From an uncultured Synechococcus sp. (lineage in GTDB: Bacteria; Cyanobacteriota; Cyanobacteriia; PCC-6307; Cyanobiaceae): DNA of 64,000 nt. Positions 60,179 through 64,000 of this stretch are shown here, piece by piece. The number at the start of each line of letters is the position of its first letter. Positions within the stretch are counted from its first letter, which is position 1. A model generated the notes under the pieces. It made no database searches, had not been told where the DNA came from, and saw only the letters and a list, made by a program, of their open reading frames with translations. The position numbers and the translations under genes were made by a program. Where the stretch lies: contig CALGVO010000186.1 of assembly GCA_937930135.1 (NCBI GenBank), positions 4,324 to 68,323 of the forward strand, read 5' to 3'.

Positions 60179-60580
60179 TTATTTAGCTGCCTGAACGCGG
60201 GCGCGGGCCCGATCGAGGGTCTGCTGTGCCTTCACCTTCTCTGGAGACGGTGACTGACCTTCCATGCGAGTCACGGTTGCTCGGGCTTGTTCCAGTTCGG
60301 CTTCAGCTTCACTGGCATTGATGCAGCTGCCCAGTTCCGCCGAATTCACGAGCACCGTCACTTCATCAGCTTCCACTTCGGCAAAGCCTCCCATCAACGC
60401 GATGGATTGCCAGCCATTGGTGTCGCGGACGCGCAACACCCCCACATCCAGAGCCGCAAGCAACGACACATGGCCTGGGAGGATACCGAGCTGACCGGTG
60501 GTGCTGGGGAGGATCACCTCATCAGCACGTCCATCAAAAACGTTCTGGTCTGGGGCCAGAACGCGAAGGGTGAGTGACAT
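60179..60580 (-). CDS. atpC: ATP synthase subunit epsilon (cyanobacterial atpE)
   Basis: LRVLAPD, GQLGILPGH, GGFAEV. Confidence 0.96.
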   Translation of the reverse strand: MSLTLRVLAPDQNVFDGRADEVILPSTTGQLGILPGHVSLLAALDVGVLRVRDTNGWQSIALMGGFAEVEADEVTVLVNSAELGSCINASEAEAELEQARATVTRMEGQSPSPEKVKAQQTLDRARARVQAAK

Positions 60581-60651
60581 GAACCTTGAATCGGAGGGAT
60601 GAGCGGACGAGGGATCGCAATCAAGGGGTGTACATCACACCCCCCAACCGA

Positions 60652-62259
<1,608 letters not shown>

Positions 62260-62272
62260 TCAGAGGCATAGG

Positions 62273-62299
62273 TTGGCACTCGTCGGCCCCGAGTGCCAG
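62273..62299 (+). promoter_or_regulatory. CIRCE element (HrcA operator)
   Basis: TTGGCACTC-N9-GAGTGCCAG versus consensus TTAGCACTC-N9-GAGTGCTAA, upstream of groES. Confidence 0.88.
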
Positions 62300-62353
62300 C
62301 TCGTGCCGGCCCGTGGCGCCTCGCGCCTCCTGTTCCTGCTCCTGCATTCACCC

Positions 62354-62665
62354 ATGGCAGCTGTTTCCCTCAGCGTCTCCACCGTCAAACCCCTTGGAGA
62401 TCGCGTTTTCGTCAAAGTGTCTGAGTCGGAGGAGAAGACCGCCGGTGGCATCCTTCTGCCCGATACCGCCAAGGAAAAGCCCCAGGTGGGCGAGGTGGTC
62501 CAGGTGGGTCCCGGTAAGCGCAATGACGACGGCTCCCGCCAGGCTCCTGAAGTCGGCGTTGGCGACAAGGTGCTCTACAGCAAGTACGCCGGTACCGACA
62601 TCAAGCTCGGCAGCGATGAGTATGTGCTGCTGTCCGAGAAGGACATTCTCGCCGTCGTGGACTGA
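62354..62665 (+). CDS. groES: co-chaperonin GroES
   Basis: [35 protein letters not shown]. Confidence 0.98.
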   Translation: MAAVSLSVSTVKPLGDRVFVKVSESEEKTAGGILLPDTAKEKPQVGEVVQVGPGKRNDDGSRQAPEVGVGDKVLYSKYAGTDIKLGSDEYVLLSEKDILAVVD

Positions 62666-62740
62666 GGGTTTTGCCCCACAGGCTTAGCCCTCGCGGCGAA
62701 AGCCTGATTGTTTGACTGACCGTTTTCACATCCTCATTAA

Positions 62741-64000
<1,260 letters not shown>

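Noticed and set aside
60625-60643. Intercistronic hairpins (atpD-atpC GGGGTGT/ACACCCC; also groES-groEL near 62679-62706 and after rpoC2)
   Set aside because: Ordinary mRNA stability hairpins with unrelated sequences; not a repeat family or CRISPR array

Overview
GC-rich core-genome segment of a picocyanobacterium (Synechococcus-like: apcE-apcABC, split rpoC1/rpoC2, hli). It holds the end of rpiA, hisD, rpsT, tatD, rpoB-rpoC1-rpoC2, hli-rlmN-Na+/solute symporter, a HEAT/DUF2997/Ycf35/ferredoxin/aldo-keto reductase cluster, rsmG, a biotin cluster (bioF-bioK-bioC-bioD, no bioA), a BASS transporter, a Ski2-like helicase, fumC, purB, tlyA, glnB with a DUF4278 gene behind a glutamine-riboswitch-like element, queF, ccsB/ccdA, ftsW, apcE-A-B-C, both ATP synthase operons, ald, nadE, nadD, pepP, PSRP-3 and groES-groEL (K-box and CIRCE). 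I saw no mobile elements, CRISPR arrays, rRNA or tRNA, and no clear novel multi-gene system. The best leads are: (1) a P2-less glutamine-riboswitch variant upstream of a DUF4278-small ORF-glnB module; (2) a biotin cluster lacking bioA next to a divergent BASS symporter; (3) two genes whose conserved N-termini need non-canonical start codons; (4) a nested structured rpoB leader; (5) several small membrane peptides below the ORF-track cutoff. Calls come from motif recognition only; no database search was run. ATP synthase symbols follow E. coli-style naming.
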